Source: an uncultured Gemmatimonadales bacterium (lineage in GTDB: Bacteria > Gemmatimonadota > Gemmatimonadetes > Gemmatimonadales > Gemmatimonadaceae). From it: DNA of 64,000 nucleotides. The notes beneath the pieces were generated by a model. The model saw nothing but the letters and a program-made list of their open reading frames with translations, had not been told where the DNA came from and searched no databases. The DNA lies in NCBI GenBank assembly GCA_963701965.1, contig OY969695.1:800001-864000 (forward strand). Direction: 5' to 3'. This document shows, one piece after another, positions 28,874 through 39,052 of this stretch; within the stretch, counting starts at the first letter, position 1, and each line of letters begins with the position of its first letter. The position numbers were made by a program, and so were the translations under genes.

Positions 28874-30240
28874 ACCACGCGGTGGCGCGCTGGCTCGTGC
28901 TGGGCGCCGCTACGGCATGCGTGCTGGCCGCATGCGCGTCCCAGCAATTTCCGCCGGGCGGACCGGAGCGGCACGCGCCGCCCAAGCTGATCGAGCTCGT
29001 GCCCGAGACGAACGCGGTCAATGTGAAGACCGACCGCGCCGTGTTCCGGTTCGACGAGGTCGTGAGCGAGCTCCCGGCGGGCGTTCCAAGTCTCGACCAG
29101 CTTTTTCTCGTGTCGCCCAACGAACGCAAGGCGCCGGTCCAGGCCGCCTGGCATCGCGATCACGTCAGTTTGAGTCCAAAGCATGGCTTCCGGCCGAACA
29201 CCGTGTACACGGTCACCATGCTGCCCGGGATGACGGACTTGCGCGGCAACACGGTCAAGAACGGATTCACACTCACGTTCTCCACGGGACCGACGGTCCC
29301 GGAGACGTTCGTGCGCGGGGTCGTCTTCGATTGGGTCAAAGGGCTGACAGCGCCCAAGGCAATAATCGAGGCGTGGGTGCCGCCGGACACCAATACCATC
29401 TGGGTCGCGATCGCCGACAGCAACGGGGTCTTCTCGATGCCCCATGTCCCGCCGGGGCGCTACACGATCCGCGGCTACATCGATCAGAACAACGACCGGA
29501 AGCTCCAGCAGCGCGAGTTGTGGGACTCGGTGGGCGTGACGCTCACGGACAGCGTCAAGGTCGAGTTGTTGACGTTCATCCACGACACGATCGGGCCGCG
29601 GATCTCCGAGGCGCGGGTGATCGACAGCCTGACGTTGCGCCTCACGTTCGACAAAGGGGTCGACGCGAGCCAGAAGATCGGGCCCGAATTGTTCGGGATC
29701 AAAGCCAAGGATTCGACGGCGATCGCCATCGTGAGCGCCGTGTCCGGGCGCGCCTACGACTCCACGCTCGCGGCCCTGCAGCGTGCGCGCGACGACTCGC
29801 TGGTCCGGGCTGATTCCATCAAGCGCGCGGCCGAGGGCGGCGTGGGCCGGGACACCGCGACGACGCGACGGCGCAATGCGTTGCGCCAGGCGCGCCGCGA
29901 TTCGGCGGGCGAGGCCAAGCTCGCCAAGCCGAGCCGGCCCATACCCGAGACGGAAGCGGTGCTGACGGTCAAGACGCCGTTCGCGGCCGGCGCGTTCTAT
30001 CGCATCACGTCGATCGGGCTCCGGAACCTGCTGGGCCATCCGCGCACCGCCTCTCTCGTGCTCAGTACCCCAAAGCCGGACACGACGAAGGCCGACAGCA
30101 CGCGCAAAGGCCGACCGCGGAAGGGCGCCGCGCCAACCCCGCCGACGCCGCGCACGCCGCCGTCAACGCCAACACCGGCGGTACCGCCGCGCGACTCGAC
30201 CCACCCGCCCGCGCCGCCCAAGCGCGACTCGGCACCGTGA
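28870..30240 (+). CDS. Lipoprotein with Ig-like (Big_5) and carboxypeptidase-regulatory-like domains
   Basis: Lipobox LAAC, ASQQFPPGGP..PPKL, FDEVVSE, DLRGN, FSTG, Pro-rich tail. Confidence 0.75.
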
Positions 30241-31580
30241 CCGACCCGCGCCGCGAGCTGCCTTCGGTCAACACCCTCCTGGAGAGTCCGGCCGTCGGCC
30301 GGCTTGCCGAGCTGGCCCCGCGCGCGCTGCTGGTCGACGCCATCCGCGATGCGGTCGAGCGGGCGCGGCGCGACCCCGGCGCCGTTCCGCGCGGCGAAGA
30401 CGGGTGGGCCGAGGCCATCGGCGCGTGCCTGGCCGCGCGCGCGCGGCCGTCGCTCCGTCCGCTGTACAACGCCACGGGCGTCGTGCTGCACACGAACCTC
30501 GGCCGCGCGCCGCTGGCCCGGGCCGCCGTGGATGCGATCGCCGCGACGGCATCGGGATATACGAACCTGGAGTACGACGTCACCCGCGGACGCCGCGGCT
30601 CGCGCTATGTCCATTGCGTGTCGCTGCTGCGCGAGCTCACGGGCGCCGAGGATGCCATCGTCGTCAACAACTGCGCGGCGGCGCTGGTACTCGTGCTCAA
30701 CACCTTGGCCAATGGCAAGGACGCGGTCGTCTCGCGCGGGGAGTTGATCGAGATCGGCGGCAGTTTCCGCGTGCCCGACATCATGACCAAGAGCGGCGCC
30801 CGCCTGCGCGAGGTGGGGACGACGAACCGCACGCACGTGGCGGACTACTCGGCGGCCCTGACGCCCGAGACGGGCGCGCTGCTCAAAGTGCACCGCAGCA
30901 ACTTCGCCATCGACGGCTTCGTCAGCGAAGCGTCGGTACCCGAGCTGGCGAAGCTGGCCGGCGCGCACGACCTGCCGTTGGTGCACGACTTCGGCAGCGG
31001 TCTCATGGTCTCGTTGGAAGCGTATGGGCTGGGTGGAGAGCCCACGGCCCGCCAGCTGGTGCGCGACGGCGCGACCGTCGTCACCATGAGCGGCGACAAA
31101 CTCCTCGGCGGCCCGCAGGCTGGACTCATCGTGGGTCGCGCCGGCGCCATCGACGCCGCGCGGCGCAATCCCCTGGCCCGCGCGCTCCGCGTCGACAAGC
31201 TGACGTTGGCGGCGCTCGAAGCGACGCTCGCGCTCTATCGTGATCCGGCACTCGCCGTGCGGACGATTCCGACCCTCGCCATGCTCACGACCCCGCTGGC
31301 CGCGGTGCGCGCCCGGGTCGAAGCGCTTCGGGCCCGATTGGGCGTGGGCGGCGTGGTCGCCTCCGAAGGCGCCGTCGGCGGCGGCGCCTTCCCCACGGCG
31401 CGCATTGCGTCGGCCGCGCTGTCGTTGCCCGACGCCGAGTCCACGGAACGGCGCTTGCGACTTGGGCTTCCGGGCGTCATCGGTCGCATCGCCGACGGAC
31501 GGTGCCTGCTCGACCTGCGTTCCGTGCCCGAGGCCGACGACGACGGCTTCGCGACCTCGGTCGCGCGAGCGCTGGCGTGA
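30237..31580 (+). CDS. selA: L-seryl-tRNA(Sec) selenium transferase
   Basis: NATGVVLHTNLGRAPL, NLEYD, SRGELIEIGGSFR, EVGTTNRT, SGDKLLGGPQAG, RALRVDK. Confidence 0.96.
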   Translation: MTDPRRELPSVNTLLESPAVGRLAELAPRALLVDAIRDAVERARRDPGAVPRGEDGWAEAIGACLAARARPSLRPLYNATGVVLHTNLGRAPLARAAVDAIAATASGYTNLEYDVTRGRRGSRYVHCVSLLRELTGAEDAIVVNNCAAALVLVLNTLANGKDAVVSRGELIEIGGSFRVPDIMTKSGARLREVGTTNRTHVADYSAALTPETGALLKVHRSNFAIDGFVSEASVPELAKLAGAHDLPLVHDFGSGLMVSLEAYGLGGEPTARQLVRDGATVVTMSGDKLLGGPQAGLIVGRAGAIDAARRNPLARALRVDKLTLAALEATLALYRDPALAVRTIPTLAMLTTPLAAVRARVEALRARLGVGGVVASEGAVGGGAFPTARIASAALSLPDAESTERRLRLGLPGVIGRIADGRCLLDLRSVPEADDDGFATSVARALA

Positions 31581-32752
31581 CGGCACTCCGCCCCGTCGTG
31601 TTCCTGGACCGCGACGGTACCGTGATCCATGACGAGCACTATCTCGCCGATCCCGCCCGGGTGACCCTCGTCGACGGCGCACCGGCCGCGATCGCCCGCC
31701 TGCGCGCGCACGGCTTCGCCGTGGTCATCGTCACCAACCAATCCGGTATCGCCCGCGGCCTCATCACGCCGGGGCAGTACGACGCGGTGCGCCAGCGCCT
31801 CGATGCGCTGCTCGCCGCCGCCGGCACTGCCGTCGACGCGACGTACCTGTGCCCGCACCACCCGGATGTCGGTGGGCCTTGCGACTGTCGGAAGCCCGGA
31901 CCGGCCCTCTACCGGCGGGCCATCGCCGACCTCGGGCTCAATGCCGCGCGGCCGGCGTTCATCGGCGACCGTTGGTCGGATGTCGCCGCCGCCGAGTCGT
32001 TCGGCGGCCTGGGCCTTCTCGTGCCGTCGGCGGACACGCCGCCCACGGAGCGCGCCCGCGCGGGCGCGCAGGATATGGTCGCGGCGTCCTTGGACGCGGC
32101 CGCCGACCGCGTGATCGGGACCGCGCACCGTCCGGCGCGGATCGGCGTCCTGGCGTCGGGAGGCGGCACCAACATGCTGGCCATCGCCGACTACTTCGCC
32201 GGGCATCCCGCGGAGGGCAAGGTGGCGCTCGTCGCGTCGAATCGGCCCGCCGCCGGCGCGCTGACCCGGGCCGCGGAGCGCGGGATCCCGACCGCGGTGA
32301 TCGCGAATCCCGACGACGCGGATGCCCTTCTGGCGCTGCTCCGCGCGCACGCGATCGACATCGTGGCCCTGGCCGGTTATCTCAAGCGCGTGCCCGCGGC
32401 CGTCACCCACGCCTTTCACGGCAAGATGCTCAACGTGCACCCGGCACTGCTGCCCGATTTCGGCGGCCCGGGGATGCATGGCGAGCGCGTACACATCGCC
32501 GTGCTCGCCGCCCGCGTGCCGGTCAGCGGGTCCACCGTGCATTTCGTCGACGAGCAGTACGACCGCGGACCGATCATCGCCCAGAAGACCGTGCCCGTGG
32601 AGCCCGATGATACGCCCGCGACGCTGGCCGCGCGCGTGCTGGGCGCCGAGCATGCGCTGTTCCCCCGCGCCGTAGCGGCGGTCGCCACCGGCCTCGTGAC
32701 GCTCCAGGCCGACGGGCACGTCGCGGGATCGCTCGATCCGAACACTCCATAG
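31577..32752 (+). CDS. purN: Fusion of a HAD-IIIA phosphatase (GmhB/HisB-N-like) and phosphoribosylglycinamide formyltransferase
   Basis: FLDRDGT, TNQSGI, CPHHP..CDCRKP and IGD continue in frame into GVLASGGGTN, ALAGYLK, NVHPALLP, HFVDEQYDRGPII. Confidence 0.88.
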   Translation: MTALRPVVFLDRDGTVIHDEHYLADPARVTLVDGAPAAIARLRAHGFAVVIVTNQSGIARGLITPGQYDAVRQRLDALLAAAGTAVDATYLCPHHPDVGGPCDCRKPGPALYRRAIADLGLNAARPAFIGDRWSDVAAAESFGGLGLLVPSADTPPTERARAGAQDMVAASLDAAADRVIGTAHRPARIGVLASGGGTNMLAIADYFAGHPAEGKVALVASNRPAAGALTRAAERGIPTAVIANPDDADALLALLRAHAIDIVALAGYLKRVPAAVTHAFHGKMLNVHPALLPDFGGPGMHGERVHIAVLAARVPVSGSTVHFVDEQYDRGPIIAQKTVPVEPDDTPATLAARVLGAEHALFPRAVAAVATGLVTLQADGHVAGSLDPNTP

Positions 32753-32763
32753 GAGACCGACCC

Positions 32764-34821
32764 ATTCGCACACGACTGCTCGCGGCTTGTGTTCTGGCCG
32801 TCGCGGCACCCGCGTCCGCGCAGACGACGCCTGCCGTCATCGCCGGTTGGATCGCGCTCGACGCCCCCCCTGGCCAAGAGGGCGGCGCCACCGCCATCAT
32901 CTCGGCGAGCCTGCCCGGATGGACGCGCGACGCCTTGGGCAACCTGATCGCGCGCAAGGGCAGCGGGACGCCGCGGCGGGTCGTGGCCTGCGGGCTCGAT
33001 GACGGCGGGTATGTCATCTCCGAGATCACCGACTCGGGGTACGCGCGGTTGGCGTCGCCCACCGGGCGCGGACGGCATGCGGCGCTCTGGGATCAGTTTC
33101 ACGAAGGCCAGCGCGTGCGGATCCTCACGCGTAATGGCGCGTTGCCCGGCGTGACCGCCGTCCGCAGCACACATCTGTGGCGGCGCCGGTCGACGCCCGA
33201 GGCGCCGGTCACCGTGGACGATCTCTGGCTCGACGTCGGCGCGCGCTCGCGGGCCGAGGTGGCGGCCATGGGCATTCGAATCCTCGATCCCGTCGAGCGC
33301 GAGTGGCCGCCGTGGCAGTTCGCCGACGCCGTCGCCGGACCGAACGCCGCCGGGCGCGCCGGCTGCGCGGCGGTGGCGACGGCGGCACAGGGCACGCCGC
33401 AGCACGGCGAGACCGTGTGGGTGATCAGCGTGCAGCATAGCTACGGCGACGCGGGCTTGGCGGCGGTGCTGGCGCGCCTGGGTCGCGTCGACTCCCTCGT
33501 GCTCGTTGGCTCCGAGCGCGTGCATCCCGACAGCACGACCCCCGTCACGCAGACCAATCTCCCCGCCACGCCCCGATCGGGCGCGGCGCTGGGCATGACG
33601 GTGCGATCAACGTTCCCCGGCACGCTCGTGGAGGTGGTGCGCACCGGCGACGTGGCACAGCTCATGACCGCCGTGGCCCGGGCATCGGGCCTCGCGGCGG
33701 CGCCTGCCCCGGTGCCGCTCCGCGGCGTTCCCACAGCGCCGCCCTTCGAATCGGCGAAAGACAGCCTGTCGACCGTGGCCGATCTGATCGGCCATCTCAC
33801 GGACATCTACGGACCTTCGGGCCACGAAGGCGACGTGCGCCGGTTCGTCCAGAGCGCGCTGCCGGCGGCGTGGGCCCACCGCGGTCCGGCGGTGGACAGC
33901 GCGGGCAACTTGTTCGTGGCCGCCGGTCCACCGCGCGATACGGTGGTGTTCATCGCCCACATGGACGAGTTGGGCTTCCATATCATCCGCATCGAGCATG
34001 ACGGCCGCGTCGTGCTCACGGCCCTGGGCGGATTCTACAACTCGCTATGGGAAGGCGAGCCGGCGCTGCTGCACTTCGACGGCCACCCCGCGGCGTCGGG
34101 GTGCGCGCTCGGCGATCCGCCGCTGCGCGGCGTCTTCATCCCGCGCACCGCGGCCACGGTGACGGCCAAGGAACCCGACACGCTCTCGGCGTGGTTCGGC
34201 GTCGACTCCGCCGCGCTGGCGGGCTGCGGCGTCCATCCCGGCATGGCCGTCACGTCGTTCAAGCGCGCGACGCGCGTCGGTCCTACGCGGTTCAGCGCCC
34301 GATCGATCGACGATCGCGCGGGCGTCACCGCGTTTCTGCTCGCGCTCCGCGACATCGATCCCGCGAAGCTGGATCACACCGTGATCTTCGACTTCTCGAC
34401 GCGCGAAGAGACCGGTCTCTATGGCGCGCACGCGTTAGCCAGCTTCCTCGGCCCCACGGTGAAACGGGTGCACGCCGTCGACACGTTCGTGTCGTCGGAC
34501 TCGCCCCTCGAGTCGCGCCGGTTTGCCTACGCGCCGATCGGCGCCGGCGCCGTCGAGCGGGCCATGGACAACTCCAGCGTCACGCCGGCCGCCGACGTCG
34601 AACGCGTGCGACTGATCGCCGAGTCGGCGCACATTCCCCTCCAGATCGGAACGACGAACGGCGGGAACGACGGATCGGAGCTGGTCCGCTACGGCGCGAT
34701 CAACGCGCCGCTGTCGTGGCCCCTCCGCTATAGCCATTCGCCGGCCGAGTTGGTCGACCTCTCCGACATTCACGCGTTGGCGCTCCTGGTCGCAGCGGTC
34801 GCCACGGCACCGGTACACTGA
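32764..34821 (+). CDS. Secreted M42/M20-family peptidase with a duplicated (degenerate plus intact) domain
   Basis: Signal peptide IRTRLLAACVLAVAAPASA is in frame from ATT 32764 after AGGAG. Second half has AHMDELG, DDRAG, REETG, AVD, GGNDG, RYSHSPAE. Confidence 0.85.
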   Translation: MRTRLLAACVLAVAAPASAQTTPAVIAGWIALDAPPGQEGGATAIISASLPGWTRDALGNLIARKGSGTPRRVVACGLDDGGYVISEITDSGYARLASPTGRGRHAALWDQFHEGQRVRILTRNGALPGVTAVRSTHLWRRRSTPEAPVTVDDLWLDVGARSRAEVAAMGIRILDPVEREWPPWQFADAVAGPNAAGRAGCAAVATAAQGTPQHGETVWVISVQHSYGDAGLAAVLARLGRVDSLVLVGSERVHPDSTTPVTQTNLPATPRSGAALGMTVRSTFPGTLVEVVRTGDVAQLMTAVARASGLAAAPAPVPLRGVPTAPPFESAKDSLSTVADLIGHLTDIYGPSGHEGDVRRFVQSALPAAWAHRGPAVDSAGNLFVAAGPPRDTVVFIAHMDELGFHIIRIEHDGRVVLTALGGFYNSLWEGEPALLHFDGHPAASGCALGDPPLRGVFIPRTAATVTAKEPDTLSAWFGVDSAALAGCGVHPGMAVTSFKRATRVGPTRFSARSIDDRAGVTAFLLALRDIDPAKLDHTVIFDFSTREETGLYGAHALASFLGPTVKRVHAVDTFVSSDSPLESRRFAYAPIGAGAVERAMDNSSVTPAADVERVRLIAESAHIPLQIGTTNGGNDGSELVRYGAINAPLSWPLRYSHSPAELVDLSDIHALALLVAAVATAPVH

Positions 34822-34823
34822 TC

Positions 34824-36356
34824 ATGCCCATTGCTCTGCTGTCCGTCACCGACAAGACTGGCCTCGTCGAGTTCGCCCACGGCCTGACCGATCTCGGTTG
34901 GGAGCTGCTGTCGACCGGCGGCACCGCGTCGTTGCTGCGCGAGGCCGGCCTCACCGTGCGCGAGGTGAGCGAGGAGACCGGATTGGCCGAGATGCTCGAC
35001 GGCCGCGTGAAAACGCTCCACCCCGCGATTCACGGCGGCATCTTGGCCCGGCGCGACGATCGCGACCACATGCGCCAGCTCAACGCCGCCGGGTATCGGC
35101 CGATCGATCTCGTGGGCGTGAATCTCTACGCGTTCGCGGCGGCGGCGGCGACCGCCGGCATCGCGCCGGCCGAGGTGGTCGAGCGTATCGACATTGGCGG
35201 TCCCGCCTTGTTGCGTTCCGCCGCCAAGAATTTCGCCCACGTGTTGCCCGTGGTCGATCCGGCGGACTATTCCGCCGTGCTGGCCGCCCTCCGGGCCGGC
35301 AACGCCGACGCCGCGTTTCGGCGCCGGCTGGCGCAAAAAGTGTACGCCCACACCGCCGGGTACGACGCGGCCGTGGCCACGTGGTTCGCGGGGCAGATCG
35401 GCGAGGTGTTCCCCGAGCGGTACACGGCGGCGTTCGAGCGCGCCCAGATGCTGCGCTACGGCGAGAATCCCGATCAGCGCGCCGCGTTCTACGTCGAGCA
35501 CGCAGGAGCCGGCCTGTCCGGACTCCGGCAGCTGGGCGGCAAGGAGCTGTCATTCAACAATCTGCTCGATCTCGATGGCGCGCTCATGGCCATCGATCCG
35601 TTCACCGACGACACGTGCTGCGCCATCATCAAGCACACCACGCCGTGCGGGGTGGCCATCGCCTCGACCGCGGCCGAGGCCTATCGGAAGGCCCTGGCGT
35701 GCGATCCGGTCTCTGCTTTCGGGTCGGTGATCGCCTTCACGACTCCCGTGGACGACGAGGCCGCGAGCGCCGTCTCCAATCTGTTCGTCGAGTGTCTGGT
35801 CGCGCCCGCGTTCAGCGACAGCGCCCTCGAGCTCCTCGGGCGCAAGAAGAACCTGCGCATCCTGGTAGGTCGGGCGCCGTGGACCGCCGGCGCCATGGAC
35901 TTCAAGCGGGTGCGGGGCGGCGTGCTGGTGCAGGATCGGGCCGCGCCGCCCGCCGACACGAACGCATGGACCGTGGTGACGGCGCGGGCCCCGACGGACG
36001 CCGAGCGGAGCGATCTCGGATTCGCCTGGCGCACGGTGGCCAGCGTCAAGAGCAACGCCATCGTGCTGGCGCGCGACGGCGCGACTATCGGCATCGGCGC
36101 GGGCCAGATGTCGCGCGTCGACGCCGCGTATCTGGCCGGGCACAAAGCGCGGTCGGTGGGGTTGGAGACCGCGGGCGCCGTACTGGGGTCGGACGCGTTC
36201 TTCCCGTTTCGCGACGGGATCGACCAGGCCGCCCAGGCCGGCGTCCGGGCCGTGATCCAACCCGGCGGTTCGGTGCGTGACGACGAAGTCATCGCCGCCG
36301 CCAACGAGCACGGCATGGCCATGGTGTTCACCGGGCGGAGGACGTTCCGCCACTAG
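34824..36356 (+). CDS. purH: Bifunctional AICAR transformylase / IMP cyclohydrolase
   Basis: ALLSVTDK, STGGT, GRVKTLHP, IDIGGP, LRYGENP, KSNAI, SDAFFPF, RTFRH. Confidence 0.97.
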   Translation: MPIALLSVTDKTGLVEFAHGLTDLGWELLSTGGTASLLREAGLTVREVSEETGLAEMLDGRVKTLHPAIHGGILARRDDRDHMRQLNAAGYRPIDLVGVNLYAFAAAAATAGIAPAEVVERIDIGGPALLRSAAKNFAHVLPVVDPADYSAVLAALRAGNADAAFRRRLAQKVYAHTAGYDAAVATWFAGQIGEVFPERYTAAFERAQMLRYGENPDQRAAFYVEHAGAGLSGLRQLGGKELSFNNLLDLDGALMAIDPFTDDTCCAIIKHTTPCGVAIASTAAEAYRKALACDPVSAFGSVIAFTTPVDDEAASAVSNLFVECLVAPAFSDSALELLGRKKNLRILVGRAPWTAGAMDFKRVRGGVLVQDRAAPPADTNAWTVVTARAPTDAERSDLGFAWRTVASVKSNAIVLARDGATIGIGAGQMSRVDAAYLAGHKARSVGLETAGAVLGSDAFFPFRDGIDQAAQAGVRAVIQPGGSVRDDEVIAAANEHGMAMVFTGRRTFRH

Positions 36357-36432
36357 CGCCCGCGGGCGGCACTCAGGCCCGCGTACTTTTGGCACTGGTT
36401 GCGCGCCGCATCTCCTGCCAGATTAGGTGTTT

Positions 36433-38829
36433 ATGTCATCTTCGACCCTCAAGCGCGCCGACAAGCGGGACGTCGGCTACCCGGCCTCCGGGAGCCGCGC
36501 CGCGCGGCGCGCCGGCACGGCGCCCGACGTGGACGAACGTCCGTCGTACGGCATCGCGGCGATCGCCGCGGCGCTCGTGTTCATTTTGTATCTGATCACG
36601 CTCTCCCCGTCGACCGCGATGTGGGATACGAGCGAGTACATCGCCGCGGCGTACGTGCTCGGGATTCCGCACCCGCCCGGCAATCCGTTCTTCGTGATTC
36701 TCGGCCACACAATCGGCGTGTTGCCGATCGCGCCGAACTTTGCCCAGCGGATCAACATCCTGGCGGCCTTCTGTAGTGCCGCATCGGCCGGCATGTGGTT
36801 TTTGATCACCGAGCGGGTGCTCGCCGGATGGTTGCCCCGAGCGTTGGCAGCGGATCCTCGGCGCCTCGGCCGCCGTGGTGATCGGCGCGACCGCATTCAC
36901 CGTGTGGAACCAGTCGGTTGTCAACGAAAAGGTCTACACGGTTTCCCTGCTCTTCTTCGCCATCGTGTCGTGGCTGACCGTCCGCTGGTGCGACGATCCC
37001 GATGGCCCGAAGGCCGACCGCCTGCTGATCCTGGCGGCCTATCTCTGCGGCCTGGGATACGCGAACCACCCGGCGGGCTTTCTCGTGGCGCCGGCCGTGG
37101 CCGTCGCCGTGTTGGTGCGCCGTCCGTTGACGCTGCTCCGGTGGAAGCTCCTGTTGGCCTGCGTGGGCGCGGTCATCATTGGACTCACGCCGTTCATCTC
37201 GAGCCGCTGCGGGCCGCGCACTTCCCCGCCATCAATGAAGGCGAGCCGACGGCCTGCACGACGCAGATCACGGCCTCCTGCACGCTGAACAAGGTCACGT
37301 ACCAACGGTTGATGGATAACATCAATCGCGTGCAGTACGGCAAGCCGGACGTGAGCGAGCGACAGGCGCCGTTCGCGGCGCAGGTCAACATGTGGTGGCT
37401 GTACTTCAAGTGGCAGTGGCTCCGCGACCCGCACGGCGAGCACCCTGGCATCCAGCAGGGTCTGGCCATGGCGTTCCTGCTGTTCGGCATCATCGGCGGC
37501 TACGCCCACTGGAAATACGATCGACGAAGTTTCTGGTTCTTCGGGCCGTTGGTGGCGACCGTCACGGTCGCGCTGATCGTGTATCTGAACTTCAAGTACG
37601 GGTACTCGGAATCGCCGGAGCTGGGTGATTCCGTGGCCCGCGAAGTCCGCGACCGCGACTACTTCTACCTGTGGTCCTTCTCGGCATGGAGCGTGTGGGC
37701 GGCGCTCGGCCTGGTATTCATCTGGGAGTCGTTCGCCTCGCTGTTCGGGACGGAGCCGGGCGCGCGGGGGGTCGGCATCGTGCCGCGCGAGCGCAGCTGG
37801 CTGTACACCTCGCCGGTGTTCGCGCTGGCGCTCATCCCGCTCTTCACCAACTGGCACGCGGCGTCGCGGGCCCACCAGACCGACACGCGGGACTTCGCGA
37901 AGGACCTGCTGGATTCGGTGGAGCCGTATGGGATCCTGGTGACGGTCGGCGACAACGACACGTTCCCGCTCTGGTACGCGCAGGAAGTCGAAGGCATCCG
38001 CAAGGACGTCGTCGTCGCCAACACGTCGTTGCTCAACACCGACTGGTTCACGCGGCAGATGATCCGGCGGCCCGTGTATGCGTACGATTCGTTGAAGGGA
38101 CCGTCGGTCTACCGCGGCCGCGTGTGGACGAAGCCGACGACGCCGGTGCTCTCGATGTCGATCGCCAATGCCGACGCGGTGCCGTTAGCCGTGGAGTTGC
38201 CCGGTCCGCAGGTGTTCAAGAAGCCCGGCACGGACATCGTCGCGACGATCGACCCACGCAATCTCCAGCACGGGCTGCTGGAGCGCGCCGACGTGTTCGT
38301 GTTGCGGGCGATTCTCGACAACAACGTGCGCCCCGTGTATCTGAGCAGCACGTCCGGCAACTACGGTCTCCAGCTCGGCCTGCAGGATTACCTGCTGAGT
38401 CAGGGATTGGCCCGGAAGATCCTGCCGTCGGCACCCACGGCGACGAAGGACACGGTCAAGCTCCCCAGCGAAGGTTGGGTCGACGTCAAGCGCTCGTTGG
38501 CGTTGTGGCAGCACGACTTCGAGGCGCCGGCGTCGCTCATCAAACGCGGCGATTGGGTCGACAAGCCGTCGGTGAACATCCCCGCGCTCTATGTCATGAA
38601 CGGCTACTTCCTGGCCGAGGCGCTCGGCGAGTCGGGCGACTCGGAGAATGCGCGCAAGATTCTGGAGACAGCCACGCAGGTGGCGCGCGCGACCCACTTG
38701 AACGATTTGATCGGTCCGGCACCGGCAGCCGCGCCGCCCCCGACGTTGGGCGATACGCTGTCGCGTGTGCCCCTGGGTCCCCGGCGCTCCGTTCCACCGC
38801 CAGCCCCGACCGAGCCGCCGAAACACTGA
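36433..38829 (+). CDS. DUF2723 / TMEM260-like membrane glycosyltransferase (compensating frameshifts near 36840 and 37200)
   Basis: WDTSEYIAAAY-LGIPHPPGNPFF; shifted segment WNQSVVNEKVY...NH; REVRDRDYFY; GDNDTFPLWYAQEVEG. Confidence 0.88.
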   Translation: MSSSTLKRADKRDVGYPASGSRAARRAGTAPDVDERPSYGIAAIAAALVFILYLITLSPSTAMWDTSEYIAAAYVLGIPHPPGNPFFVILGHTIGVLPIAPNFAQRINILAAFCSAASAGMWFLITERVLAGWLPRALAADPRRLGRRGDRRDRIHRVEPVGCQRKGLHGFPALLRHRVVADRPLVRRSRWPEGRPPADPGGLSLRPGIREPPGGLSRGAGRGRRRVGAPSVDAAPVEAPVGLRGRGHHWTHAVHLEPLRAAHFPAINEGEPTACTTQITASCTLNKVTYQRLMDNINRVQYGKPDVSERQAPFAAQVNMWWLYFKWQWLRDPHGEHPGIQQGLAMAFLLFGIIGGYAHWKYDRRSFWFFGPLVATVTVALIVYLNFKYGYSESPELGDSVAREVRDRDYFYLWSFSAWSVWAALGLVFIWESFASLFGTEPGARGVGIVPRERSWLYTSPVFALALIPLFTNWHAASRAHQTDTRDFAKDLLDSVEPYGILVTVGDNDTFPLWYAQEVEGIRKDVVVANTSLLNTDWFTRQMIRRPVYAYDSLKGPSVYRGRVWTKPTTPVLSMSIANADAVPLAVELPGPQVFKKPGTDIVATIDPRNLQHGLLERADVFVLRAILDNNVRPVYLSSTSGNYGLQLGLQDYLLSQGLARKILPSAPTATKDTVKLPSEGWVDVKRSLALWQHDFEAPASLIKRGDWVDKPSVNIPALYVMNGYFLAEALGESGDSENARKILETATQVARATHLNDLIGPAPAAAPPPTLGDTLSRVPLGPRRSVPPPAPTEPPKH

Positions 38830-38840
38830 CCGACCCGTCA

Positions 38841-38870
38841 CGCAATTTCGCCTGTCGCAATTTCGCCTGT
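38841..38870. repeat. Tandem 15-bp duplication
   Basis: CGCAATTTCGCCTGT twice, exact. Confidence 0.85.
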
Positions 38871-38872
38871 CG

Positions 38873-38922
38873 CGCGCGCCCCGCACCCTTCGCTTCACTT
38901 GGGTGCGGGGCGCGCGTTTTTT
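38873..38922 (+). terminator. Rho-independent terminator
   Basis: CGCGCGCCCCGCACCC / GGGTGCGGGGCGCGCG stem followed by TTTTTT. Confidence 0.85.
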
Positions 38923-39052
38923 GGGTATCGGACTTCTGACAAGCGGGTAATGATCCTGTAACACCCCCTTGGGGCGCTGGTGGCGTCGACCCGGACGTTA
39001 GAACCTAGTGCGCGCATTCTTGTCGCTCCCACCACGCACCTAGGGAACACTC

